A stretch of 64,000 bases of DNA. It comes from Peribolospora baueri. Taxonomy: Eukaryota. Both the position numbers and the translations under genes were made by a program. The notes below the pieces were generated by a model, which saw only the letters and a list, made by a program, of their open reading frames with translations, did no database searches and was not told the DNA's origin. Location: positions 558,001 to 622,000 of the forward strand of contig JAMDHS010000001.1 of the NCBI GenBank assembly GCA_029717555.1. The letters run 5' to 3'. Below are positions 24,401 through 38,382 of this stretch, in pieces. The number at the start of each line of letters is the position of its first letter. Position 1 is the first letter of the stretch.

Positions 24401-25433
24401 GGTAGATTGCTCGCCAGCTCCCTCGCTCCCCATCTCTCCCTCTCTCCGTCCGCCACTCGTTCTCGTTCGTCCCCAAGGACCGCGGCGCCCGCTTCCTGCT
24501 CAGCCGTTAGCAAGGGGAAGGGGAAGGGGACCGTGAAGTGACGTAGGTCATCTTGGGACAGGCAGGCAGGCAGGAAAGGACACTGGAGAGAAGGTCTAGT
24601 TTCAAGTTTGGACATGGACATGGACATGCCGCCGTGGCGTTTCGCACGCCATATACGTCAGACGGATGTCGAGTGACGCGGCGATGCTGATATGGGCCAT
24701 TCGCGTTTTACTACTACTCTGTACAGACAGACGACAGACAGGACCGGACTACGGTCGGGTGGGCGGTGGTCGGTCATCGGCCGTTCTCGACGAAGCGACA
24801 CGAGATGGACGACGACGACGACGGTCGGTCCCTCATTTTTTTTCAAGCGTGAAAGGGAAGATGGGGGGATGGACGACAGTCGTTCTTAGGTGATCTCCTC
24901 CACGTCTCTCTCCACTTTGAGGGCAAGCATGTGGCCCTTCCACCCATCGTCCATATACGTAAGTACTCGCTCTCGCGTGGCTCTCGACGTGCTCGCCTAG
25001 GTCTGTCTGTCTTCCACGCGTCGGTTGTGGTAGTCGGTCGTCGGTGGGGCCGTGCCGTGCATGGATATGATATGGATGGGCGCCGACGCGTGAAGCGCTG
25101 CGGACGGCAACCTCAGACGACATGATCAGGACAAACATGGCCGTGCGCGCCGACGCTCCCCGTCGGCACGTGACCCGGAAGCTTTGAAGCGAACGACGAG
25201 GGCAAGGGCAGATGGATGAGGCATTTCCACCACGCGGTGCTCCGCATGGACGAGCGTCAGTCCAGTCGCCCTCTCCATCTCAATCTCACTGGGACGCCAT
25301 TCGCAGAGGCAGCGAGTGAGTGCTTGGCATGCGCGATACCCAAATACATTATTAGCCAGTCATGGAGCCAGACCACGACCTCGAGTCGGTCCGTCATGAT
25401 GAACAACCACCTCCCTTCTTCGTTCACACCACC

Positions 25434-28400
25434 ATGTCCGAGCGCGAAGAGTCTGTTCGAAAGCTCACCCGCCTCGGTGCAACTCTCCTCGCCGGTCACC
25501 AACAAGACCAAGCAGCGAGAGCGAGAGGCCCAACAGACGTCACTGCCCTCCTCCAATCCCGCTTGAGCCGATTCAGAGACGGCCTCGCAGACCTCTCTCC
25601 CGCCCCATGGGTCCCCATCTACCTCACCCCCTGTCTCCGCTCCACCTCTTTCCAAACCATCGGCGCCGCTTGGGCCGACGATGAAGGGGGCGGTCGGGAC
25701 TTGCCGACAGAACAAGAACTGCCCGTCGAGGGCGAGGGCGGTCGAGACGACGAGGATCGCGCAAAGCGCGCCACCGCCACTGCCGCCCTGGCCGTACTGC
25801 AGAGCGTACACGCCGCTCTCACTGCCCCCGTTCGACCGTCGTCTACCTCGGTCTCGACGACCGAAGAACCTCAACCGGAGGGGGGCCGCGCGGCGTCATC
25901 CAGGGAGCCCATCCCTCCTCCCACCGACCTTCTCTTTACCGACGACTTGGCCACCCTCGACACCCTCGCCGGCGTCGCCGTCCGATGGGGCCTCCAGCCG
26001 CGAATAAACGCTTTCGATTGTGCTGTCTCTCGCACTGTAAGAGACGCGGCGACGGCGGCGGCGGCGGCGGAGGGGGAGGAGAAGGAGGAGGCCGAGGCCG
26101 AGGCCGAGGAAAAGGTGACCGAAGCGTGGAAGGACCTAGCCGAGTACTTTAGCCGCTTCAGAACGCTTCTAGGTCTTCGCCGGAGGCTGTCCGATACGGG
26201 AGAGAGACGAACGGGTGGAGCCGAGACGCCGAGCCCGACCTCGCCTTCATCTATCCCTTCCTCCCTCGCTCTCACCTCCCCTCTCCCAGCCATCCTCCGA
26301 GACGCACATTCCGCCGACGTCGTCGCCGCTCTCGTTCGCCTCGTCTTTTGGCGTCCCGCTCGCGGCCGAAAGGTCAAACACGTCGGTCCTTCGTCTTCGT
26401 CTTCGCCTTCGCCAGCTGAGCAGGAAGGGTTCGAGAACAAGAGGAAGACGGCGGGGAGCGAGTTGAAGTCGGTCTTGAAGACGTGAGCGCCCACACTGCC
26501 TGCCTTGTTTCGTCCCCGTCCACCGCCGCTCACCGGTCTTTCTTTCTTTTTGTCGGCGGCACAGCCTCCCAGCCCCCGAAGCGTTCCGCGCGCTCTCCTT
26601 TCTCCTCCGCCCGTCCTCCTCCCGGACAGAAGGAACGACGGCATCTCCTCCGCAAGCCACGTCGCTGCCCCCATCCGGCATCTTCTCTCTCGAGGACGAA
26701 GAAAGCAGACCTCGCACGTCTCCTTCTTCTTCTTCTTCTTCCACGACTCCGACGCCCGCCTTTGTACGCACGGCCGCGCTGCGCCTCCTGACCGCTCAAC
26801 TGCTCAGGCCGGACGGCGTGGCAGGTCTCGTTGAGAGCGTCCTGGGCGGAGGCCCAGGCGAGTCTGGCGGCGCGCGGGATGAGCAGGGCATCGCTACTTC
26901 TGACACGGGCGTTGGAGGTGGGTGGCGTCGGGTACCGCGTCGCGTCGCGTCGCAAAACCGACCTTTGATCTGATCCTCTGATGCCTCTATTATTAGCTTC
27001 CGCTGCCAAACTGGACCATATCGCTCGGCTGCTAGGGACCCCGCCGAAGGAGATGGAGAAGGCGGTGAGCCCCCCCCCCTCTTTCCCTTCGCCGTCGGTT
27101 CCGTTAAGACGCTCTTCTTGTCGTCTGGTCGATAACTGGGCTGATTTCTTTTACCTTGTCTAACCTCCGACCCCACGACCCAGGAGTACTTCTCCACCAT
27201 CCTACCACGCATCCTAGCCCTCATCGACCCGCCCCCTCCCGCTGCCCCGACCTTGCCCGTTACGCCCCATATACACCGCATCGCGGCGGTTTATGCGCTC
27301 TCATACATCGTCGAGCGACATGGTCCTCTCGTTCGCCGGGTGCTATGGGACATCGTTTGGGGCCCATTCGAGCCCGTCGTGGATCGCAGCGTCCGGCTGG
27401 CCGCCCGCCGCGCCTCGCGAGCAGCCGAGGATCAGCACGGATCCGAGTCCGACGCGGACGACGTGCTCGTTGTGACGCCCCATCTCGTCCAGCGCGCCGT
27501 ACGCCTCCTCCGTTCCATCCTCATCTACGCCTCGCCCGGCATGGGTCCGCCTTTGCTTTCCTACTTCGTCCGACCGATCCTTCCCCAGCTGTTCTCGCTG
27601 TACGAGTATCTCGACCTGACGCCAGAAGACGACGGCGGCGGCGGCAGAAAGCATGCGAAGAGACGCGTACTGATCGTGGAACAAGTAGAGCCTCCGACGG
27701 GCGGTGCCGGCACCGCGACAGAACCCAAACCCACCGGTCGCCTCAAGCTCAAGGAGGACGTGCGAGAACTGCTGCGGACGTACACCCGCCTCTCTTCCCG
27801 GACTGACGCGGAAGGGGCGTGGTTCGACGTCGTGGTTAGGCTTGGTCTTAGGCCTACGGAAGGTGGGCCAGGTATTGGGGAGAGCGAGTGGGGACGCCGG
27901 GTAGGGGAGGAGATGGACAAAGAGATGGGCGTGCTTGGGGAAGCGCCTCATGAGGCGGACCACGACCACGACTGGGGGCTTTACTGGACCGACATCGACG
28001 GCGACGTTGGCGTATGCTACGGACGGTGAGAGACGGGAACTCTTGGCGTGTGTGTGGTCGGGCACCGCGCGTTCTCATCGATGGAGTCGGTTTGGATTTT
28101 TTCCTTCTTCTTCAGAGCCACACCTCGTACACCCGCCTCGGCTCAAGACCTCCTGAACCTCCTCTCGCCGTTAGCCACCTCAGGATCGGCCTTCGAGGAA
28201 CCGCCGCTATCTGACATTTCTAACATCCCCGACTTGCGCGGATTCCTGCCGTTGTCGTCACCCGACCCGCCAGTCTTCGCGGCCGTGCTGAAGGAGTCGC
28301 AAAGAGAGGATGTCTCTGGTGGTGTCTTTATACGATTGTTGGAGGAGTATCAGACGACCGCGCAAGCGATGACTGAGGACCGGTGAGTCTTTCCTTTTCG

Positions 28401-30448
28401 AACCCGCTCTTTTCGTTCAACAGCCTTGCCAGATGATCTGACGAGACCTCCCTTTCGGTTTCTTTTTTTGGTTTTTGGCACACAGAAACCTACTCATCTT
28501 ACAGCTTGTTCTCCAGCTCCTCGCCATCGTCGGTCCATCTGCCATCGCGGACGAACCAGAAAAGGTGTTGTCGTTTGTCAATTTTGTCCTCGACCGTCAT
28601 GTGTCCGGGACGGAATTGCAGAGGTCGTCCCGACTTGGCCAACTCATCAGCGAGGTGGAGCCAACAGAGATTGCTCTGAGCAGCTCTGCAGACGCCGGTA
28701 TCGCGACGGCAGGTGTCGAACGTCTGGGAGCGTCTGCGTCTTTTGGAGACGAAGAAGCAGCGAGCGGAGAAGAGATGGTCCGCACCGCGCTCAGTCTACT
28801 TTTGTCCGTTCTCGAGGGACGACCGGAACTTTCGACATCGAGTCTTCCCTTGCTGGCCGTCGTCTCGTCCAAACTTCCCGCCCTGTCCTCTTCGCCTACG
28901 TTTTCCACCGACGTGCGGCAGCTCGCCAGGGAGGCGTCCCTCGTATTGACATCGCGCTCCGCTGCAGAGGCCGCGCCCGGGAGCGGGGGCGGGCGCGGGT
29001 CCGAGGGCGACGACGAAAGCAGAAAGCGAGAACGGGCGATGGTGATCTACCGCGAAGCATTGCGGCTGTTACAAGATCCCATCATCCCCGTCCGAGCACA
29101 CGGTATCCACCTTCTCCGAGCACTGCTCGCTAGACCACCGCCTCCGGCGCGACTGTCGCCAAGCGAGATTGGACCGACGTCCTTTGGTCAACCCGCTCGT
29201 CGGCCGCCCGCTCGACGACCGGGCGGCCGACGAGCGGAGGAGGAGGACGAACGGCCTCTGCTCGCTTCTGAGCCGGCCTTATCCCCTAGCCTCCTCGACC
29301 TGTTCATCAAGACCATCGCCGACGATGAGAGCTATCTATACCTCAACGCGATCAAGGGACTGGCGGATATGGGCGACTTGTCGGGAGAGGAAGGGAAGAA
29401 GGTCGTCCGTGAGCTCGTGCGTATATATACGGGACGGCGGGACAATGGTGCCACTGGCTTCTCGGATCCCCTGGAGAGGGCGGAGGTGGACAAACGGCTG
29501 AGGGTTGGTGAAGCGTTGGCGGAGGTTATCAAGCGCAACGAAGAGTCGTTGAGCGTATACAGTGAGCAGACGACGGACGGCACGACATGCACATTTGGAG
29601 CGCGGACAGTATACGAAACGCTCACTTGTATCGTCTCTCTCTCCATAGCACCCCTCCTTATCCCTCCGCTCATGGCCGTCGTGCGCCAGTCTACCCTACC
29701 GGTCGTACTGCGCTCCTCGGCTCTCACCCTCCTCGCAACGTGTCTGGAAGCCTCACCTGTCGCAGTTTCTCGGTACGTGGACGAGCTCGTCGACGTTTGC
29801 ATCACTTTGCTGGTCGTCGAGGGCGTGACGCGGCCAGTGCGTCGCGGTCGCAGCAAGGATGCAGAAGGGCCGCGAGGTGAGAAGCCTGAGTCGACGGGTT
29901 ATCAAGCGTCCAGAGGGACGACGTCGAATACGGCAAGCGAGAAGGCGAGTGACGCCGGACGGTCCGAAGCGAGGGCTGCGGAGGAGGCGAAGGAGGACCT
30001 GCTTTCGGAACTCACGCCGGCAGAGGTGGAACGACTACGCGTGGCGGAGGCGGAGGAAGAGGCGCCGACGACGACGAGCGCCAAGCGACAGCCGACGCTG
30101 CGACGCGGCGCTTTACTCTTCCTCACCGTGCTCCTTCGGGCCGCCAAGGAGCTTTTGGAGGGGACTGGCGAGAGGGGAGGAGAGCTGGGGCTAGGTGGGC
30201 TGAGGTTGCCCGGCGGCCGTTTCCTGCCCCTGGACCCTGAGAGACGCACCAGCACTACGGAGGGTGGAGCGGGACGGGAACGAAGGATGATACTGTTCCC
30301 GCTCGACCGGGTGGAGCGCACAAAGGAGCTGATGGGCTATCTGGAGGCGATGGACGAAGACGGCGTCGTCAGGGTCCAAGCTGCCGAAGTGAGGCGGGAG
30401 CTCGAAGAATGGCACCTCGTCGTCCTGCATGCCGGTCTCTCTCTGTGA
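25434..30448 (+). CDS. RTP1: RNA polymerase II assembly/import factor Rtp1 (TANGO6 family), multi-exon
   Basis: C-terminal motifs YREALRLLQDPIIPVRAHGIHLLRALL, DDESYLYLNAIKGL, DKRLRVGEAL, LRSSALTLL, LRRGALLFL and DEDGVVRVQA. ATG at 25434 (MSEREESVRKL) is inferred. Confidence 0.85.
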
Positions 30449-30708
30449 CGTGACACCGGGGGTGGGGGGGGGGGGTGGAGGGGGGTTCGCACGCACACAC
30501 ACGTAAACGCAACGCTTCCTTCCACTTGTACAATATTGATCCAGACTCGAAACTGGCATCTCGAGCCTAGCCTTTATCCTCTCCGTTCTAGCCGCCCGTC
30601 CCTCTCTCTTCGCCATACAATCGTCAAAATCCGGTCCAGGTTTATATTCTCCCCCACCCCGCCGCCACGCTTGGTCGGGGTCGGTCGCTACAAAGAAACA
30701 CTAGGACT

Positions 30709-31994
30709 TCACGGCACCACCACCTCGCCTTCCACCGCCCTCTTCTCAAGCCCAAGCTGTCCGAGGACGGTGTCGTATCGTTCCACGCTCTTTCGCTTGA
30801 GGTATCGGAGGATTTTAGCACGCTTGTGGACGAGGTGTCGAAGGGCGCGGCGATTGTGGTGATCGTGTCGGGCGTTGGTGAGGTGGGAGTGGAGGTTGTG
30901 GATCCGGTAGGTGAGGATTGCGGCTGTGGAGCGGAATGGAAAGAGGAGGGAGGGGCGCGGTCAGAGAGAAAAACTTGGATCGGTGCGCTCACGCTCCTCG
31001 CAGGGTTAGCGCGAGACGAAGCGGAGCAGCATCTCATGGCGAAGAGACCGAGAGGGTGAACATATGTGAGGAAACGCACCTTGTACCTCGGGACTACCCG
31101 TGTCGACGACGCGAGCCTCGGCATCTGCGGCCTCCTCCTCCGCCCTTTGCCTTCCAAAAGCGTCGATGATCCTCCTCTTGTTCTCCACGGCGATGCCCTT
31201 GGAGCTGGCGTTCCTGAGGTCCACGATCCGTCCCAGCAGCTCCGCGTTGCCGTACTGCTCGTCCTGGATAGCCTTGATCTCCGCGTCCACGGCGTCTCCG
31301 TCGTAGATCGAGGGCGTGAGATGACTGGACGACGACGAGGACGCTGATGATGTTGTTGATGTTGATGATGAAGTACCCTCCGATTCGGAGCCAGGGAGCC
31401 TACCGCCGGCCTGCTTGACACGGGTCTCGATGTTGATGGCGGGCAGGCGCTTGAAGAGCAGCTCTCGATCTTCGGCGGTGAGACCAAAGTTGACGAGCTC
31501 GGGCCCGCCGGCGGCGTCCGCAGACGGGGAGGAAGAAGAGGAAGGGGATGGGTTCTGGAGCCGCCAGACGTGTTCCTTGTCGAGGAGGACGGACTTGAGC
31601 TTGCTCTCCGTCCACAGGCCCTCATTCCTCGATCCGTAGCCGAGGACCGGGTCAGGCTTGGTGATCTCGAGGGAAGCGGCCACGCGGCGACGTCTTTCGA
31701 GGTTCTGCTTCTTCTTCATCCGGGTCAGACGTTTCTTTCGGGACTCGTTGGCTGGGGCGGAGGAGTGGAAGGGAGAGGCGAGGAGCATCGGGCTGGCGGT
31801 GAGAGGCGTCGTGAGCCAAGCGGTGAGGGACGGCCGGGCTGAAGGGCGGTGTGCGGAAGGGAGGGAGGGGAGAGTGTGAGCGTGCGGGCGAATGGAAAAC
31901 GCTGCTGCTCGGCGGAAGGGAAAGGCTCAGTTGACTACTTACCATTGGAGCCTGCGACGAGAGCGACAAGTCGAGATGATGATGAGGCAGCCAT
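30709..31994 (-). CDS. MRPS28: Mitochondrial ribosomal protein uS15m, 3 exons
   Basis: Presequence-like MAASSSSRLVALVAGSN|ARPSL...; S15 domain DTGSPEVQ|AAILTYRIHNLHSHL...HDHHNRRALRHLVHKRAKILRYLKRKSVERYDTVLGQLGL; stop at 30709. Confidence 0.92.
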
Positions 31995-32663
31995 GGCGAG
32001 GAGAGTGACGGGCCGGCGCTGACGGACGGACGGACGATAGGAACGAGGTCGAAGAGGAAGGCCAAACTTCGGGAGAGAGCAGTTGCGGCTGGAAGAAAGG
32101 GCAAGTCGCGGCGGAGATAGGCGGTCCAAGACGAGACGAGACGAACTCTCGGACGAGTCGAGAGAGAACGCGATTTCTTCGGGCACGGCAGACAGAGAGA
32201 ATGAATACCCATGACAGAGCGAGCTGAGTTGATTGACAGGCCAAGGCCGGGATAGAGGTAGGGACAGGCGAAAGGAGGAAGAAGTACGAAGACGTGGGCG
32301 AAAGGAGTGTGGTAGAGCCAAAATAGAAGAGGAACGAAAGAGCGGAAGATGCCGAGGCGCGCACCGACGCCGCCTCTCTACTACTAAGGGCTGGATTATG
32401 GGAGCGGGGACACGAGACGAGACGAGGCGAATCAAGTCAAAAAGTCGGATTCGATGGAGGAAAGGAAAGAAGGGATCGACTGATGACCATCGGCATCGAC
32501 CGACCGCCGCCTGCTCTGGGTCTAGGTGTTAGGTAAATTGATATGCGAGATTCTATTCGCTCTTCGCCGCCTCCTCAATCCATCGCCATCGCCATTACCA
32601 TCGCCACCGCCATCACCATCTCCGCCGCATTTCCTCAGCTCCGTCGAACGCGTTCCTCCGCGT

Positions 32664-35600
32664 TCACTGGGGGAAACCACCGGCGGGGATCTTGCGGCTT
32701 TTCTCCGAAGCGGTGCGGATGGCCCAGGTCTGTGATGGGCATGAAACGCGGTTTCTCAGCTTTCTCTTCTCCACTTGCTTTGGCCCGATCGGACCGAACG
32801 AAGGACGCAAACTCACGAGCTCATACGTCTTGACGGCGTCGAGGTAGCTGCTGAGGATGGGAGCGGTGCCCTCTCCGAGCTCAATGTTGTCGATGAGGTT
32901 GGAGATCTCGGAGAAGAAAGGGTCGTCGTTGGGGATCCGGATCACCTCCTCGTGGTCATCTCCCGGACGGCGCATGACGAGCATCGGGTGGTTGTAAGGG
33001 TCGACCAGGCGGAGCTGGTAGCCGTCGGCGTAGACCTCGAGCTCGGTCGAGTAGTTGGTGCCTAGCGATGAACGAAAAGAAAAGTCGTAAGCAAAGGTCG
33101 TGCGCACTGGCGAAAGACGCGGCCGCATCTGGTCTACACTTGCCTTGAAGGGCAACGGCGTGAGTCAACTGCCCGACCGCACCCGACATGTACTTCCTGC
33201 AGGGTTGAAAGGAGGCACCAGACAATGTCCATCGTCAGCTCCAATCGCCTTGGAGCTCCCGCCCCTCGGCGCCATCGCTTCTGCTCACCAGCTAGCGCCG
33301 GTGATCCTCGGGATCCTGTTTTCAGGTGCGACCTTGGACTCGTTGACGGGGATCTTGGAAAGCCTGCCAGGCTTCTCGTAGTACTCCACCGAGTGAGCCA
33401 AAACGCTGGAGATGTCGACCTGGAGGGAGAGTGACAGGAAGAAGAGTGAGCGCGAGGGCTTGAGAGGGAAAGAATGGCTGATCGACGCGACAGCACATTC
33501 CAAGTTTTCTGAACGACAACGGCAAAGAAGACACGTACCTCGCCACCGAAGTAACGCGACAGGTCACAGAAGTGCGTGGCCTGCTCAACGATGGCTGCAG
33601 ACGGGAGAGAAAGAGGGAGCGTATGGGCGGCTGAACATGCGCGGGGACAGGGACACGAAGGGACCGAACTCACGTCCGCACGTCTGCGACTTGTCCCACC
33701 AGTCGAGCTTGGCGGTGTGTTCGCTGACGAGATATAAAAGGAAATGGGGATATCTGATTAGACTCGACGCATAATAGTCGCCAGCGAAAGCGGACACGAC
33801 AAAGTGACAACGCACTACGCCATGATGTAACGAGCGTTGGTGGCCATCACGTTGAGGTTGTTCTCCTCGATGATCTGCCTGTGGTGGGAAGGAAAAGGCG
33901 AAGAGGGGTGAGTAGCCTATCGGACTAGGCGGAGTAGCGAATGAAGATATGGGCAAGTCGAGCTCACTTCATCTTCTGCACCACTGTCCGTCGGATGGAG
34001 CAGACAAGGTACGAAAATGAAACGGTCAGAACAAGCCGCTGCTGGCCGAGCTCAGTAACTTGGATGCGGTGCACTCACCCTTGAGATACCTGAGCATGTA
34101 ACCGACGCTGACGATGGTGCCCGTCTTCTCGAGCTCCTTAGCGACGATCATAGCCTGGTCGACGGGGCCGGTCGAGACGGGCTTCTCGATGAAGAGAGCG
34201 ACATTGGGGAATGCCTGCGTCAGCTTGCGCTCCAGGTCTCGGCCCGGCTGCTCGGTGCCGCGGTAAGCGGGCGGGGCGCCGACGATGACGACCCTGCAGG
34301 GGAGGGGAGAAAGACAAGGTAAAACGAAGACGGATGAGGGATGAGGGCGCCAAGGACGGCTCGAGGGCAAGGACATGGTAAACTAACTGCGGCTTCTCCT
34401 TCTCCGTGAGGCCCTCGAGGGCCTCCTTGAGGTCACGGAACTTCTTGGTGTCCTTGTAGGCGGAGTTTACGAAAGAGTTGCGCTTCTTGTGGAGCACGGA
34501 CTCGGAGCGCTCCAGAGAGGGGTCGACCAGGCCGACCACTTTGAGACGGGGGCCGAGCTTGCTGTGAAGGGTTGGAGGAAAGTGTGCGTAGGGAAGATGG
34601 GACAGCGTCGGTCAGCGGGGATGGGCAAAGGGAGCGGAGCTTGACGAAAAGACGACGGGAGATGTGGGGGATACGCACTGCTCGAGGCGGAAAGAGTGGT
34701 TCCAGGGACCTTCGTCCGAGCCTGCGCAGGTTGGAGGACAGGGTGGGACGAGAAGTTCGTTAGCCGCCGTCGACACACGATCGGCCGGGCCAGCAGCGCC
34801 GCGCACCGGTCCATGCGGACGTGAGAGGAAAAAGACGAGAGCTAGGGATGGACGTCTGTCACCATCGCTTTTGCTTTCATGTTCGCATTCCGGGCGACCG
34901 GGACGAGCAAGAGCATGAAAAGGCAAGGATGGGGGCGAGATGGAGCTCGATGGCGTCGTCGTCGCGGATCGTCGGCCGGCGATTAAGAGGCGTCACGCGG
35001 CTGACGACGCTGCGCCAAGCACGGCGGCGGAGATGCAGGCGCGCGGCAAACAACAAAAGGCTGCCGCGTCGATCCCCGCATGGAAAGAAAAGGAAGAAAG
35101 AATATGATGGGAGGAAGAAAAGATGGAGGAAGGAAGGCGGAAAGGAATTCCTGGGGAAAACAAACACAAACACTTCGCCATCGCGTCGGGAAGAGAAAAA
35201 GAAAAAAGAGAGACCAGAAGACAAGAGGAGAAGACAAGCCGCTTCGCTTCGCTCGGCCCCGCCCTTCCACCGTCCAGCAAATCCCCTCATTTACAGTCCC
35301 AGCCTCTCAAACGGAAACCAAAAACGAAAACGAAAAAAGGGCCAGCGCGCCCACGTCGCGTGCGCACTCACCAAAGTTGATGTTGCCCGCGCCGATGACG
35401 AGCACGTTAAAGTCCGGACCAGGGTCGGGGTGAGGCGCCTTGTGCATCTGCGTAGGCTCGGCGTTGGGAAGGGAAGTGTGGGCCGGGCCGCCGTAGAAGC
35501 CCGTACCGAGGCGGAAGGCGCGCTTCTGCTGAGCCGCCAACGGCGAGGGAGAGGCGGAGGCGGCGGCAGATCGGAGCGCAAGGCTAGACGGACGGCTTGC

Positions 35601-35678
35601 CGTGGAGAGGCACCGGCCGCTCAAGGCGGCGACGCTGCCCGTGCCCGTGGCGAGGCGGCGGGGGAGGGAGCTGAACAT
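32664..35678 (-). CDS. Gfo/Idh/MocA-family NAD(P)-dependent oxidoreductase, multi-exon
   Basis: VLVIGAGNINF|GSDEGPWNHSFRLE, ALFIEKPVS, VSVGYMLRYLK, WWDKSQTCG, IVEQATHFCDLSRYFGG, ELEVYADGYQLRLVDPYN, DAVKTYEL|TWAIRTASE; stop at 32664. Confidence 0.9.
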
Positions 35679-36943
35679 GGTGTGGACGGTGACGGGGGAT
35701 GGCGTGCGAGGACCGAGTCGGGAAAGGGCGACCGAGTGGGTCGGTCGGAGAAAGACAGCGAGGCGGGACGGCAGTGAGAAAGGAGGAGAAGGCTTAGAAG
35801 GCGCCTCTTTAAACGAGGACGAGGCGAGGAGGGAGGAGGGAGGAGGGAAGGATGGGGGATGGGGGCGTTATAGAGTACGTTCGGGGCGGAAGGAAGGCCG
35901 AGGGGGGTGAAGGAACGAAGGGCCCGCGGGAGGGTTGGCTGGGCCAGCCAGCGCGCGAAAACTACGGCGAGATGCCTCCGATCGACAACCACGAACCCTC
36001 GAAGACGACCTTATCGCTTTTCATATCCCCGCCCATTGAGCGCAAGACAATTTTAATAAACAACGGTAATGGCGACGAGCGCCCAACCCGGCCTCGGTCC
36101 CGCTCCGTTCGAAGGGGGTCTCATCAGGTCAGCCCGCGCGCTCCGAGGCGACCCAACCCCGGAGGCAAGAAGAAATTGGGCCAAGCAGGAGGGGAGGGTC
36201 GAACAAGAAAAAAGGCTCCACGGCGGTCCATCACTAACCTACTTTATCGATCGTCTCCCCCTCGTCGCCCGCGATGGGTCATCGGCCCGCGGCTGCGAGG
36301 GAAGCGCGGGGGTGGAAGAGAAAGAAGACGAGGGCGGAAGGACGCATGACGGGCGTATGTCTGTCTGTTTGTATGTGCTTATTGCCTATTTCTTTTTGTA
36401 CGACTTACGCCAAACTCCCACTGCCGACGAACCAGGGTGTTCCCCTCCGCCGGTGGATGCGAAAACGTGAGTGAAGAGGCCGGCGGGCGGGATGGAAAGG
36501 AAGGGTTTGAATTGGCTGCACACAGGGTAGTGGTTACGTCCAGCGCAGATAGAAAAAAGAAGAAAGAGAAAGAAAGAAAGAAAGAAAGGAAGAAAGGTGT
36601 AAAGTCCCACAGCCCGCCAGCGCGAGTCTCCTGGTCGAGCGTCGAGCGTGGAGGGTCAATCTATCTCCATGTCCGCAACACACTGAACGAGCCTAGCCAG
36701 AAGCTTTGGAGAGGAAAGAGAAGACAACGACGAAGAGCGCAGCGCGACCGCTCCCCTTCCGATACAGACAGACGACGAGCAAGCTGTCCATCTCCCCACG
36801 AAGCACTTGGGAGCGGTCCCGCTCATCGGACGCGCAGATGCGACCTGTCTGGGGTCGCCTGAGTTTCTCCTTCCTCGGGGACCGCCGCCAGTGAATCCCT
36901 CCACTGGCGGGCGAAAGAGAGCCAAGTGGGCTCCAAACAAGAC

Positions 36944-38382
36944 TTAGAACCCCTCCACGCTCCTCACATTCCTCCCTTCGTCGATCTCGATCCGCAGACC
37001 CCTCCCCCGCCATCGAGCCCCCTCGTCGTCCACGCCTGACGAGAACAGCTCGTAGCCTGGCATGTAGCGCGCCACGAAGGCGAAGACTTGCTGTGACGGT
37101 GCCGGATGAAAGAGAGGTGGTGGGCGGCAGAAAACGTGTCGTCAATGGGCGTCGCCGTCCGACGAAGTACACGAGCCAATCACCAAAAGACGAGACGGAA
37201 AGATGAAAGCGTTCCGCTCACCTCATCGGTCATCCCCGCCCCGTTCCTCTCTTTCATACACCGCTCTGCCTCAAGCCTCCAGTTGAACACGTCCTCCAAC
37301 CTTGAATGCTTGATCTGCACGAATGCGTCCAGATAGGGGTACCACGACTGCGCGTAGGAAGAGAGGGAGGTGTCTAGCGTGAGGAGGGAGGAAAGCGAGT
37401 GGTGGGCGAAGAACGGCGGTCGCGGAGGGGACGCGAGCGAGGACTTGAACGCGGTTTGAAAGGAAGAAGAGCCGAGCGTCGACACAGGCTCCGAGGACTC
37501 TTCATCAAGCGACCATCCTGCCCGTACTCTGGCCGCCCTCCACCGCCTACGAATCTCCCCCGTCCCGATTGGGGCAAAGCCGAGCGACCAGCCTTCGAAG
37601 AGGACGACGTCCAAGGGCGCGTCCACCCTCACCGTTTCCTTTGAGCGGTCGCCGTAGCCGCCGTGGGTGGATTTGTCAAAGATGGGCAGGTGGACCGTCG
37701 AAACCGTCTTGGCGTGTCCATCACTCGCCTTGGCAGCATCGGCAGCAAACGGCGGCTGTTCGTTGATCGCCTTGAGCCGAGAAAAAAGGATCGCTCCCAG
37801 GGCGAGATCGTGCGTACCTGGCTGGCCGCGGCCTTCGAGGAGGGAGTTGGACGGGTTGAGTGAGGCGACGCGCTTGAGGCCTTCGTACGGTAGGTAGAGG
37901 TCTGCGAGGGCAGCAGCAACAAGCAGGACGAAGATGAAATAGGACGTGCAAAATGGGACGAATGAAAATCGGTACGGGAGGCTCGACGAACCAACGAAGG
38001 CAACGGCTTACCATCCATGGACAACACTGCCAACTTGAGACCTCCGTTCTCCCTCTTGGCAAGATGCGCAGACAGGCGAGAGGAAAGCGTCGTCTTGCCT
38101 ACACCGGCGCCATGCAGGCGAAGAAAGATCTCAGTAATTCTTCTCCCAAGGCCACCACCTGCCCTTCATCGTGATCCTGCACTTGTTCAGCCAAGACATG
38201 TCCTGCCGATGATGACAGGCCTTTCAGGCGTAAAACTCACCGCTCCCCTGAGGACCCTGCAACCCGACGAACAAAGGCGGACCTCGCCCTGCACTGGCCC
38301 TAGACCTCCAGATTTTGTCCCTATGCACCTCCAGCTGTCTCGCAATGTGCTTGGCCACCAAGCGCACCTTGTAGGCACTCAT
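36944..38382 (-). CDS. TDA10: P-loop kinase, TDA10/D-glycerate 3-kinase-like, multi-exon
   Basis: Walker A motif FVGLQGPQGSG|KTT split by an intron; SMD|DLYLP, GRGQPGTHD, PIFDKSTHGGYGDR, VVLFEGWSLGF, WRLEAE, GMTDE, FVARYMPGY. Start codon uncertain (a 5' UTR intron is likely). Confidence 0.88.

Noticed and set aside
34821..35777. 318-aa plus-strand ORF and many similar Arg-rich antisense ORFs across the window
   Set aside because: Shadow frames of GC-rich genes and purine-rich introns, with no domain features.
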